Shown here: positions 39,111 through 51,440 of the stretch, piece by piece
Layout: every line of letters starts with the position of its first letter
Numbering within the stretch: position 1 is the stretch's first letter
Assembly: GCA_001938485.1 (NCBI GenBank)
Contig: MQRK01250323.1
Coordinates: 3,609 to 64,484 of the forward strand
Direction: 5' to 3'
DNA: 60,876 nucleotides
From: Girardia tigrina
Taxonomy: Eukaryota
Notes under the pieces: generated by a model
The model's input: only the letters and a program-made list of their open reading frames with translations
Database searches by the model: none
What the model was told of the DNA's origin: nothing
Position numbers and translations under genes: made by a program

Positions 39111-39714
39111 CATTTTTTTAAAATTCCACGAGATATTAAATGTAGTAGATATTAAAGCAATATTAAAACAGTTTTTATAATAATTTTATAGTTTATAATT
39201 GCTTTTTAAAATTCTTTTTAAATAAATATTTTGACAAGTTCATTAAAAAAGTTTCATAAATTTTCTATTTAAAAGGACGAAAATCTTAATAAGAAAATCT
39301 TAGATAGAAAAAAATATCATGATTTATTTTTTTATGATGAATTTCAAATATCTAAAGATTATGTTAATGTATATTAGACCAAATAAAGTTACGGATATTA
39401 TAACAATAAGTTATAAAAAAATCAAAGGAACCCGAAATTATCTCTAAGCAAAAGCGCAAACAAACCTCTCTTTCTTCCCACAATAAAATGAATAATTCTA
39501 ATAAAACTGTTGGTTAACCCCCACCGAAAAGCGCCCGATAAAATGTCGCGGGATGAAATGTTAGCAAAACCTTAAAACATTATTTAGAAAGTTATAAAAA
39601 TATAATATAATAATAATAATATAATTATGAGGGGTTAATTTAAATTTACATCTCGCCAGAATAATTTATTATTTTTTTTTAATTTAAAGGTAAAAATATT
39701 TTAATATTTATATG

Positions 39715-40170
39715 CGTATTAAATATTTAAAAAAATTAAAATGATATAATAAAACAACTATTAAAAAAATCAAATACGTACTTAAAAATAAAATATGTTT
39801 TTAATGTGTTTTTTAAAAATATTTCAAAAATTAAAAAGGATATAATAAAAGAAAATCTTAAAAAATTAAATATCTATTTAGAAATAAAAAAATATCTTTT
39901 TAATGTGTCTATTAAATATCTTAAAATTAAAAATGATAAGAAAACCATTAAAGATTAAATATTTGTTTTATAAATAAAAAATATTTTTACAATCATAACA
40001 ATTTATATATTTTAATAGAAATTATGAAACAATTTTAAATAAATTTGAAAATAAATTTTTAGTTTTAATGGGAAAATTATATAATAAATTTGCAAAATTT
40101 TAAGTAAATTTTGAAATAAATTTTTAGTTAAAATGGGAAGATTATTTAATAAATTTGCAAAATTTTAGAA
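39715..40170. repeat. Degenerate AT-rich tandem repeats (~95 bp x3, then ~60 bp x2)
   Basis: Recurrent TTTTAATGTGT / GATATAATAAAA and AATAAATTTGCAAAATTTT units. Confidence 0.65.
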
Positions 40171-40863
40171 ATTGAATCGAAAAATTTAATAGATTAATTC
40201 GTGGCGGGAAAATTAAATTAACAGAAAAATTTTTTTAAATGTGTGAATTTTTGTTATAGTAATAAATTTTGGTGTTAAAAAAATGAATCTTGATATTGAG
40301 GTTGCAAACACTTCTCACAATAATATATAATATCATAAATTAAAATCCTTGTTTTAATTAATAAATAAAAATATTTTATTTATTCTATTGTAAATTTAAT
40401 TACTAAAAGTTAAAAAAACAATATAATAAATTAAGTATAACACATTTAAACCGATGGAGAAGGAAAATAGAAAAATTGTCTGAAAAATAAAAATAATAAT
40501 TTTAGTTTTATAAATAAAGTTTTTAAATTAAGAAACAGTATAAAAGACAAAAAAATTAAATTTTTTGTGACAATTGAATATCTTAAAGGAAAAGAGTGAA
40601 AAAAACGGAAATTATATATTAACGTTTTAATTATTTTTGGACATTGAGTCACACGTTCTATTAATGGTATTTGATCTTTGTTCGATCATGAAGTGTAATT
40701 TGATGTACACGTTCTGATTTTCTATAGAATTTGCTAACCTAATTAATTCATTACTTATATTGGATACCTAGAACTATTTTGAGGTAAATATCAATTAAAT
40801 TTTTATATTTTAAATTCTCGCTAGTGAGAGTATTATGTCCCACTTCCTATTTTAAAATCACGT

Positions 40864-41195
40864 TGTGGTGTTCAAAAAAAACACAAAAAACAATTTAAAT
40901 TAAAATTCAAAAATTAACATAATAATGTTTTGTTTTAACTAATCAAAAATTAGCGAAAAACTCAAAAACACACGAATCCACAAGAACACCAACCAGAATC
41001 GCAATCAATATGCTCAACGGACTGTCAATCGTCAACCCAACTATGCCCAGACGAGACTCGTGGATCTATTCCAATTATTGTGTCGATTCGGGTCATGTAT
41101 TCGTTCTATACATAAATAAATTTTATATTCCAGTGGTGTCTTATTTTTTCCCGTTCCAACGACGGAAGTTGGTGGTGCAAATTGCACTCGCCAAA
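40864..41195. mobile_element. Solo LTR-like unit (332 bp)
   Basis: TGTGGTG...CGCCAAA ends with a perfect 5-bp TSD CACGT. Confidence 0.7.
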
Positions 41196-42349
41196 CACGT
41201 GTTAATATTTCATGTAATATTGTAATTTTATTTTTATTTGATATTTAAAGAAATTGTTAATTCTGTTCATGATATTTGAATATTTAACAAACTATTTCGT
41301 TTTCCATTTTAATATTTAATAAAAATCAAACTTATACCAATATCTCAACAATAGTTAAAATATAAAATGACTTCTTTTACAAATTTGGTTGAGTTAAACA
41401 ACTTTCTTCCTCTATTTTGAAAAAATAACATTTTTTTGTAAGTAAAACTAAATCTTCTTTTTGTCATTTATCAAATATAAAATTTTGAAAAATATATTTC
41501 AAGTAAATAATTACATTTGAAAACAAAAGTGAGTCAAATTTGTGTCAACAAATATGTTTGATTGCGAAAAGTGAGACGCACGGACAAGGAAAGACAAGAG
41601 TTGAGTAGAAAGTCTTTTAATATTTTATATAAATAAGTAGAAACAGTGATTGTCTAAAATCATCAGTTAAGCAAAAAGTGATAAAATCTAATTCTGAAAA
41701 ATGGATGAGTTAAAAAACGATAACAAAATTTTATGTATCTTTTTGTATTCTTCTTTTTATTTCTGTCACATTACACAATATATCAAATTATCGTTATAAA
41801 AAAGTTTATATTTGGAACGAAACAAAACCCATTACTGAAATTGATTTCATTTAATATTCATTTTATAACAATTATTATTATTACTACATTTTACCTTTGT
41901 GCAAACATCTATTGTTATTTTTACAATTAAAAACCAATAAATACGAAATAAATAAAAACCTTTTACTTTGTATTTTATAGTCATTATTAGAAAACATTTT
42001 AAAATCCAAAGTATTCATAAAATATAATTGGATTAAAGGTTTATATTTTTTATGTTCCTAACCATACAAAATACAAATTCTATTTCTTGTGTGATCGGAA
42101 ATTATTTACATGGAATAAATATTTAACAAAAACAGAACTTTTTAACAAAGAAACATCCTCTACCAGTCCCATAATAACCAGTTGGTAAAGAATATACATT
42201 TTCTTAAGGTTCATGACTAAAAGTTGTTTGGAAGAACTTTTTTCCTGTTCTTTCTTTTTAAAAGTTTCTTTGAACATCTCTTTTTTTATTAAGAAAAATG
42301 ATTCTAGAACTTTTCCTCACCGAACCATTCATTACACTTTTATTTTTTT

Positions 42350-42437
42350 ATCAGCTCTCAGGGTGTGAGAAACATAGTTCCAAATCAGTACACAACATTC
42401 AAACAAAAAACATCAAACATTCCGAATATTCCTCACT
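42350..42437 (-). mobile_element. LTR family A 5' fragment
   Basis: AATATTCCTCAC and GGGTGTGAGAAACA..TTCCAAAT match family A. Confidence 0.7.
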
Positions 42438-43570
42438 GAGCATTTAAAAATGTCAAACGACTTGATATCCCGTAACTTTCCACTGCTCGCCTGATCTGCT
42501 TTTTAAATTATACATATTTTTCTTCGCCTTCTGTGACTTCCGGATGTGGCCTATAAAAAACTTGCAGTCTGCAGGAGTGTTTCTTTGATTATTCTCTGAA
42601 GAAAAGTCAAGATTGATCGATGATTGCATAAGCGAAACAACTAATCTTTAATTATTAAAGGCTGGTATTCAATCCTTCACAAATATTTGTTTTTATGTGA
42701 GATACCGTCAATTGCTGAATCATGTTGATTCCAAATACTGGGAGAAAATGTGATGTATCATCCGGTTATGATTATTTTTAATTTATAAAATTTTATTTAA
42801 AGTGTGATGAATAGTCCGGTGATGAAACAATCGGAAAACACGAAGAATACTCTCTTGTCGGGATTAGGAAAATTCGTTTCCGGAAAAATAGATTCCCTAT
42901 AATCTTTTCCTGAGATAAAGAGTATTTTATTAATTATGAAAAAAATACTATTGGGACTATCTTATTGATCAAAATGAATGTCGAATTAATTTCGCTCCTG
43001 GAAAAAATAAATAATTATTACAAATTAAATTATATATGAAAATTAAAAATAAACAAAGTAGAAAAAAGTAAAACTAGCAAATTAAAATTAAAAATAAAAA
43101 ATTACTAGATTTTAGAATATATTTTTGTTTAAATATTATTTAATATTGAAATTACATATTAACCAAAGAACAAATTATGCCACGTTTTATGTGTACAAAA
43201 TATTTGAACAATATATGGATGTATGAAAGTCATTCGGATTGCAACGGACGTGTTTGTACTGAATATGAGTAAACAAATATTGTAAAAATCGTAACTTCTC
43301 CTTCTCAAACTGCATCAGATGTAAGACCACAAACTCTACAGAGAATTGATAGGATTCGTCAATGTTAAGATTCGTCAAAGGGGAGTACCCTCAATAAATT
43401 TTAACATCACTTGCGTAGATTTGCATCATGATGTAGTTGCTGTTTTTTCTATGTAATGATTTCATTAAACATTTTATTCACAATCAACGTACAAATAACA
43501 TTATCTCAAATCTTTCAACAAGTCTCTGTAATCCAATTATTCTGTGTGAATACAGTAAAATCATAGTTAA

Positions 43571-43790
43571 CCCTTTGAACCCTAAAGGCCAATAAACCGG
43601 CCAGAAAAAGTATACTATGTACGTTAGGAATGTTTATAAAATTATTAGCACATCAGCAGACATCAACTCTGACCTAGCGACACCATCGAACTGAGTTCAT
43701 GTTCGAGCAAGTTCTTGGTTATAACGATAGATATGGAAGCCGGTAAATCGGCAATTATGGTATATGTCTCGCCAAATTTGGTTCAAAGGG
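43571..43790. mobile_element. piggyBac-type MITE (220 bp)
   Basis: TIR CCCTTTGAACC with TTAA TSD on both sides. Confidence 0.9.
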
Positions 43791-44441
43791 TTAATGTCTT
43801 ACCAGAAAAGCTTTTGATATATAATTCTGAACAAAAAATATTACTAAAAAGAATACTAATTTTTCTACTAGGAAAAGTTTCAGTTACTGTCTGTTAGGGA
43901 TAGTAAGTCATCAGAAGAAAATTTGGGAGTTAGAGTGGAAATGCAAGATGAGATTATTTGCATAACATTGACGAGAATAGAAGAAATAAGAATAAATTAA
44001 GTAAATTAAAATTTAAATAAGATAGAGAGTTAAATTTAATAATTAGATGAAAATTAAAATTAGAATTAGTTAAATTAAAATTTACCATGAGAAATAAAAT
44101 TTTATAAGTAAATTAAGAATAAATTAAAATTAGAATTTTCCGGTTTGACATTAACAAGTTTTAGAAAAAGATTGTTTCTCAAATTAAAATTTATAATTAA
44201 TTGATGATAAAAATTAATTATAAAAAAATTTGTTTTGGAGGTGGAATTTTTCTCAAATAAAGTTTTCAAGATAAATTAATTTTTTTATGGATTCACATGT
44301 TCTTCATGATGAAGTGCCCATCAATTCTAACACTGTCATTTTATAAAAAATGGTTTTAAGATGATACTTTTTCAAGCGGCCCTCAACTATTTAATCAACT
44401 TTATACAATTCATGTGTATAAAATATTATCAGTTTAACCAG

Positions 44442-45095
44442 TTATTTATGCTTTACTTCTCGATAAGACTGCTGTTGGGGTTGCAGTTGACGTTGCCCGG
44501 GATGTGTTCCGTGGATCTCGTGGAACGAACCGATTGATCGCGTACTAAAATGCGATAACGCAAGATTTGTTAGCCGATCGCTAAGGCTTACCGTATTTTG
44601 GTGGCGTTCGTACTTTCGAAGGGTCGTCACCATACCCGCACGTACCGTGATCCAGACGATGAAGGTTCGTGGTTCGGTCACTCGCGACAAATCGGAAGCG
44701 CCATCCTCGAAACGATCGACCGAATTGATCGCCTGGTGGTTGTTTTCGTCACGGATTTTCGACAACAAATATTTCGTATTCGATCTAGCGGTGATTATTT
44801 TTCAATTGTTATAGGAAGTGTTGGCGCTATTGATCGAGTGCGCCTTGAAAACCATACCAAATCCACATCGGGCGATTTTATCATCGATAATTATCGATTC
44901 ATTTGTCAGCATTATCGATTTCAATAATTTATTTGATGTTGAAATATTCGCGTTGAAGATTCGATAAACGTTTTCATCACAAATCACTTGACAAATCGAT
45001 CGATTCATTGTCATTTTTGTATCGTTTAAATCGGGTTTTTGATTTCTTCGTTCATTCACAATTTGAATGTGATTAATTATCAAATTGTAATGCAA
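44442..45095 (-). pseudogene. Degenerate protein-kinase-like (N-lobe) fragment
   Basis: A single frame with one TGA (44802-44804). IIIDDKIARCGFGMVFKA resembles a Gly-loop and RFEDGASDLSRV resembles helix C. No HRD or DFG motif. Confidence 0.4.
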
Positions 45096-45419
45096 AAACT
45101 TTCGAAAAAAATCGTTGAATCAAAATATTTATTAATTTCAAAATATTGTTTACAAAGAGCATAAATTTAACAAAACGCGAAAAATTATTTGTGTTATTAA
45201 AACACTACAAGGATTCATTAATTAAGTTTTTGATAATAGTTCTTTTTTTTGATTATTTTTTTAAAAATTTTTTCATTGCATAAAATATTTTCTAATGTAC
45301 CTCTGAATTTTTCCAGTTTTAAAAATTTCAGGGGTCGCAAATTCAATTAAGAAATTTTTTTTAAAAATTAAAAATCAAAAAATTAAATTAATATAACTTA
45401 AAAAACTCTTAATTGGTTG

Positions 45420-46100
45420 CTACTGCTGATGCGATTTAGTGAACACTTCAACTGCTGAAACTTATAAGCAAATGCTTCAATAAATTTAAGTTTTGATATC
45501 TGATATTGATCCAGAAACAATATGAATAGATTTTTAAATGACAGCAATCAATGTGTTTCATATATAAAATTTCAAATATATTAATTACAGGTTGCTTTTT
45601 CAACCAAAGCAGAATGTCTATAAACGTGTTCAATCAGAAAGTCTAAAGCAACGTTATGAAACTGATCATAATTTTGCAATTTGAGTCAGAATGATTTCGT
45701 GTCTTGCATTTCACCCGTCTGATGTTAAATGGGTCTTTGAAAAATTACTAGACAATGACAAACTCCTTCTTGCAGTATTTCCAATAGATTTACATTTTAA
45801 AGACAAGTACATTGAAAAAATGTTGCACACTAGACGCAGATCAGTAATTTTCGAAAAGAGTAGTGGAATCAATACCGATGAGCACTAATTGAAGATTCTC
45901 GTACAAATAATTATATTAAATTATATTTGCACATATGTGTGGCACAGTTCACCCAAATGTCAATACATTCATCGACATTCTAAAAAAACGTAAACATTAA
46001 CAATTTTGCTCTCGTCTAAATTTCGGAATACCTATAACAACAAGAAATAAAAAATACAGTTACTTTCGGTTATTACAAACTCTCTGCTGCCAAGGCAAAA
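45420..46100 (+). pseudogene. MULE transposase C-terminal remnant
   Basis: CLAFHPSDV...HFKDKYI...RRR and a frameshifted SRTNN motif. Confidence 0.7.
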
Positions 46101-47655
46101 GTTTGCAATAACCGATTGTTTGTAATAACCTATAGTCCCTCTACGGTTTTAAAGTTTTTATATTAAGCAAAAATCAGAAAAAATAATGGTAAATTTCTTA
46201 AAAAAATAAAGCAATACCATTTGAAAACATAAAATAATATCAAATAATATATTTTACAACATGCGTTGCATTTCGACGGATTTATCCAAGATAGACTGGC
46301 GTTAAGAATTAAAACATTTTTAGTATTTATTTTTTTCTTGAAAATTTTAAAAATAAAATTTTTGTCAGATTTAAACAAGTTTTTTAAGGATTATTTTCGA
46401 TTAATCAAACATTCGTGATTCTCATATAAATATAGCGACTCAATTTTAATATTTTCTCAATTTTATTGTTAAATATTTAATATTCTGATAATTGATAAAG
46501 TGGATTTGACTGATTTTTCTATGGGTAAATAATAAATATCACTTCAGGACAAGTTTCTAATTCAAATATACCAATATTTGAAGATAGCGCCGATGACATT
46601 TTAATTTTAAAAAAGAATTTCTTTTATTATTAATATAATTTGTTTTTTATTAATAATAAATGATATATCAAATATATTTGGTGTTAGGTTCGTGATTAAT
46701 AAGAGAATTCATAACACTAAAATTTATTTTCTATGACAGTTAACTATTTTTAACCAACTTTCTGAGGAACAATGGTTTCTTATTTAGCATAAACCAGTTA
46801 TAAATGAAAATACTAAATGTAAATGTCGATATAAATTTTAATTTTACAAATCGATTTTTATAGTTTTATTACTTGTCACAATTTTTTGCAAATTTTATTA
46901 CTTTTTTCATTTTTAATTTAATATGATTTTTATTAACGTCAAATTTACTTTAAGTGTTACTCATAATAAACATTTAATATCATATATTCGATTTTAATTT
47001 CGTAACATTTTTTTATCCTAATTTTAGAAAATTAATTGTAATATTTTATTTTGTTGCTTCACTAAATAAAGTTAAATAAAATATGATTTAGTAGTTTTTT
47101 TTAAATGTTTTTCACAACAATTTTTAAAATATAGTTTAATGAAATATTTTTAAATACCACAATTATAAAATTTTTAATGAAATATCTTTAAAATGTTTTA
47201 TTTGTTACTTTTTTAAATTGAAAATTTTACGAGCTCACCAAAATCCTTACATTGGGTATTCAAATCAAATTTATCTTTATTTAACTCAATCCATTATCTG
47301 ACTCCAAAAACAACAAAAGATTCTTCCAATACAAATATATAAGAAGTGAACCAAATTCCTTTATTTAATGTTTTATTTTCTCTAAATACTTTTTGCACAC
47401 AGTTATATACTTAAAACTTTATAAATCAATTTTCAAAGAGCATAAAATTCGATTTAAACGAGATACAATAATATTTAAAACTCGAATGACATTAAATTTC
47501 ATTTAAATATAAAATTACTTTTCTCCCATACATGAAAATTTGCTTTTACAAATGAATAAATAATTATACCTAATAAAATTTATTTATTTTCAAAAATCTT
47601 GTTATTTTACAACTCTAATGTAAGTCAAACAATTTTGAATTACTGAATTAATTAC

Positions 47656-49394
47656 TATGGTGTTTCTGTCAAACGACCGATATTAAAAAAACTCTTTAAA
47701 AAATTGATTTTGTTTAATCAAATCAAACAAATATGTTTATGATACCACACTTTTAAATTTTAATATTTTGAATACAAATAAAATGCTCTTCAACAACATC
47801 TTCATTCTTATTCTACTAATATATTTTTTTAATTCCCTTGAGCGATCCACAAAATGCAACTGTTCAGTTCAGACCGACTGACACCTCACTCAAGTTATCG
47901 GTATTCAGATGAAACACAAATCGATCGACTAATCGAACCAATCACCATCCGAGACGGAACCGATCGCCAAATGGGGATCGAAACGCAACTGTTACGATTG
48001 CAAATGTTACGATGCAAATGTGTGGTCCTTACACAACTCCTCACGCATGGAATAGTCGCAACAAGAACATTATCAAAAATAAAAAGATAGGAAATAATCA
48101 AGCTAGACCATTCCCGTTATTTTTAAATAATCCCACCCAACATGATGTACAACCCAGAGAACCATAAAGGTCCACACCATCATGTCAGGTGGGGGTGCAG
48201 TCACAGTCCATTACTAAACTCTCAGAGGCCGTAGAAAGCTTCTGGTATATTTATCAATTTTTCTAGATTATATTTAAATAATAGTTTTTTTACTTATGTT
48301 ACATTTTTCCCATTAAATATATTATTCAAAGTATAAAACGTTCGTTCATAATTGGCTTGTTCTTCGTTATATTTATGTTCATTTCTTTAAGTGTCACTTT
48401 TAATTCTTTTAATTCATTTTCATATGTAAATATTGGGTGTAATTCTATAAATATTAAAACTATTATTACGTACTAGGATTTCTTTAACATACTCATAACT
48501 CTTTATTATTTTAACAATTCAACCTCACAACTGTGTCAGTAAAATTTCGGGTGTCGATATTCAAGATTAATTATATCAAATAAATTTAATTTAATTATTC
48601 AATTTATTTTATGTGAGTTAATATCAACCTAGGACGAGAGGATATTAAAATGATAAATTAATTAAGAATTAACTTGAAAGTTCAATCTAAATTTTGAGTC
48701 AAGGTTTTACATATTAAAGTATTATATAAAAGATTCAGTACTCCAATTAATTTAACAACTAATTGTAATTACTAAAGATTCAAAGAACCTTTTGGAGGTG
48801 ACGCAGATCGGATCGCAGTATCCATAGGGACACGCGGTTCGATCATCGTTTACTTCCTTAAGGCTCCCTTCATTCTATAAAATTAATGAGTATGAATATG
48901 TAACTTAAAATGTAATGCGATAATTTCAACAGATCCAAATCGATAAAAGATTATGGTTTCACAAATTGGTTTAATATATTGACTAGATTTAATAGATTTA
49001 TCAACCCCATCAGACGCTGCAGCTCCGGTCGGGCAATACCCGTCACCTGTCTGAACCCGAAGCGCACACAACTCATTGATATGCGTGGAAGAGACTCGTC
49101 CGTTCCCCGAGTAATAGTGAACGGTCAAAGCCGTGCGAGTTATCGGTAAGATCAAAAAACGACTGGGGCCTCGAGCCTGCAAAAATGTTGTGAAAAGAGT
49201 GGAACGCGACACAACACAGAACCACCACGAGTCGGTCGCTAGTCCGACATCTGATGACGCGTCGTCCGATAGTCACTGGATCCGATCGGCACGCGGACGC
49301 CGTCAAACCGACACGGTGATCTTCCGGGACACCAAGTCCCGGCACATCTAAGAGATGCTGACCGCCGCTACTCGGTCCGGCAGTCGACACCACA
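47656..49394 (-). mobile_element. LTR-like family C, long copy (1739 bp)
   Basis: TGTGGTGT...ACACCATA ends with 5-bp TSD ATTAC (47651-47655 and 49395-49399). Confidence 0.85.
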
Positions 49395-49587
49395 ATTACA
49401 AAACCGAATTAATTACATCACCAAAATAATTACAACATTCTTCATTCTATATAATTTGATCGCTCTGACGAATCTTCTCATATTTACAACATTTTTTATT
49501 TTGATGTCATCTGATTGCTCTATTTTTTCCTCGTTCCATGCCATCAAAGGCCACAGAAAAGGTTCAATCCTCTATGAAGCACATTGA

Positions 49588-50910
49588 TGTTAGAATCAGA
49601 AAGTTTTTCCTTTGGCTCGGCCTCGGGCCTATTCATTGCACCAGCACGGAGGCGGTCAAAAGAAAAGACTCCCAAGATCTGAAAACCGAAAAATAAAAAT
49701 GATTATAATTATAAATTATAACATAACTTAATTAAAAAAGAGAAACTTTTAATTGGTTTTGGACCTTGTTCCCATTTGAATTGAATATTTTCTGGTGGGA
49801 ATTTGTTGACCTGATTTGTTGACGTAGGTTTGACCGGAATTTTGGCCGTCTCCAGATTGTTTCTATCTGAGAGCTGTTAATTTAGTTATGGATGATTGAA
49901 GTTTGACTGTGAGAATTGTCTGCTTGCTGGTTCTGTGAGTTTTTGTGACGAAAGATTGGTATAAATTTGTCTGAATTTGTACATTCTACCAGAACTTTTA
50001 TCATCAAATATATTTTTTCAAAAGAATTTGACTTGGTAAATTTTGCCTTTTATTTTTTTTGTTGATGGAGGTTTGGAGATGTCCACATGGCTGCCGATCC
50101 GTCGATGGGTAACAGCAGGTGCTGATAGTGCCAGCCAAGCCTGTTGACGATTTGGTTGGGAAAAGACGTTATTGTTAAACTGAGGATTTGTTTTTATTTA
50201 TCTCCATCAACTATTTTTTATTTATTTTTTTATTTACATCAATAAATTCACTTTATCATTCTCATTTAGTTAATGAATCAACCGATTTATGAAAAAGAAG
50301 ATAGAGGGTTGCTTCATGAGCTTCAGAAAAGGAGGGAAGAAATTGACAAAATTACAAAAGACTTGTCCGAAAAAAATAACAGAGCTCGAGGAATACAGAA
50401 GAATTTCAGTTCCTTTATCAGTACACAAACCGATGGTGGACAAATATATGTTATCGCAACAAAAAATAAAGGCATTACAGGTTGAAATTACCGAGTTGAG
50501 GATTCAACAAAATATGTCGGAGTACCACAAAAAGATCATAAAGAAAATCTCCAAAGAAGTTCCCGCGATGATATTGGAGACTGCTTCTAGAATTGCAGCA
50601 AAGGAACCCATGGATGCGAAAGACCTTACTTCATCTTCAAAAATTCATGAATCTATCACTAAGGAAGATATGATGGCATCGATGACCGGAAAAATGAGCC
50701 GAACTAAGAAAAGTCGCAACTATTCCGACAAGCAGAAACTGAATTGAAAAAGTTTCAAGGTTCAGGCCATTCCGATTCATACCAAAAGAAGCAGAAAAAT
50801 ATCCAGCAAAGTGGCTGTGAATTAGAAGAGATTCCTTGCTTTAATATGAATGAACAACTCATGGCTACAGTGCCTGGTGGTGATTTATTGGATGATTTCA
50901 ATTTTTAATA
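49588..50910 (+). mobile_element. LTR-like family B, copy 2, with frameshifted coiled-coil ORF (50273-50747)
   Basis: Starts TGTTAG and is colinear with 11234-12850. ATG at 50273 and a frameshift in the A-run near 50370. Confidence 0.7.
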
Positions 50911-50984
50911 AATCTTTAATATGCAAAGTTTTTTTCATATTTTTTTTCATATTCTTGAGTTGTACTGCATCGGATGCGCCTCTT

Positions 50985-51440
50985 TTTAGCATAAAAAATC
51001 ATAATTTTGAGATTGAGTTTAAGGAAAATTGATCGATTAAATGGAACTGAAAAAGTGAGGCACCGAGTCATCTTCCGAATAGCCAGTCAGTTTTTAAAGA
51101 CAACAAATTAAAAGATGTTGCAACGTTGAAAATTTTAGACGGTTGGGTAGAAAAGGGTTATCTAATCGAGTTCAATGAGAAAGAAATGGGTAAATTGATG
51201 GGATTCATACCGATATTTGGAATACTACAGGCTAATAAGTCCAAGATAAGACCCATTTTTGATTTTAGAAAATTAAATAATTACATGGACATTTATAGTG
51301 GTTCAGCAGATATATTTTTAGAAAAGCTCCGCGATTGGCGACGTAGGGGTTCGACTTTTTCAATGCTTGATTTGTCAGAGGCGTACATGCAGATTCATTT
51401 TCATAAGGAGATGTGGCATTACCAATCTTGTATCATTACA
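50985..51440 (+). pseudogene. Gypsy-like reverse transcriptase N-terminal fragment
   Basis: WVEKGYL...IPIFGILQANKSKIRPIFDFRKLN...LRDWRR...LDLSEAYMQIH. Confidence 0.88.

Noticed and set aside
43180-43560. CACTA-like transposase remnant (SPLTNLNID...FSVEF)
   Set aside because: Too decayed to support.
49370-49392. tRNA 3' end or PBS (GGCAGTCGACACCA)
   Set aside because: It is the terminus and hairpin arm of family C, bounded by a TSD, and forms no cloverleaf.
50910-51440. RT fragment as the pol of family B
   Set aside because: It joins abruptly after the poly(A) region with no PBS, gag or protease, and copy 1 lacks it. Probably a juxtaposed fragment, though linkage is not excluded.
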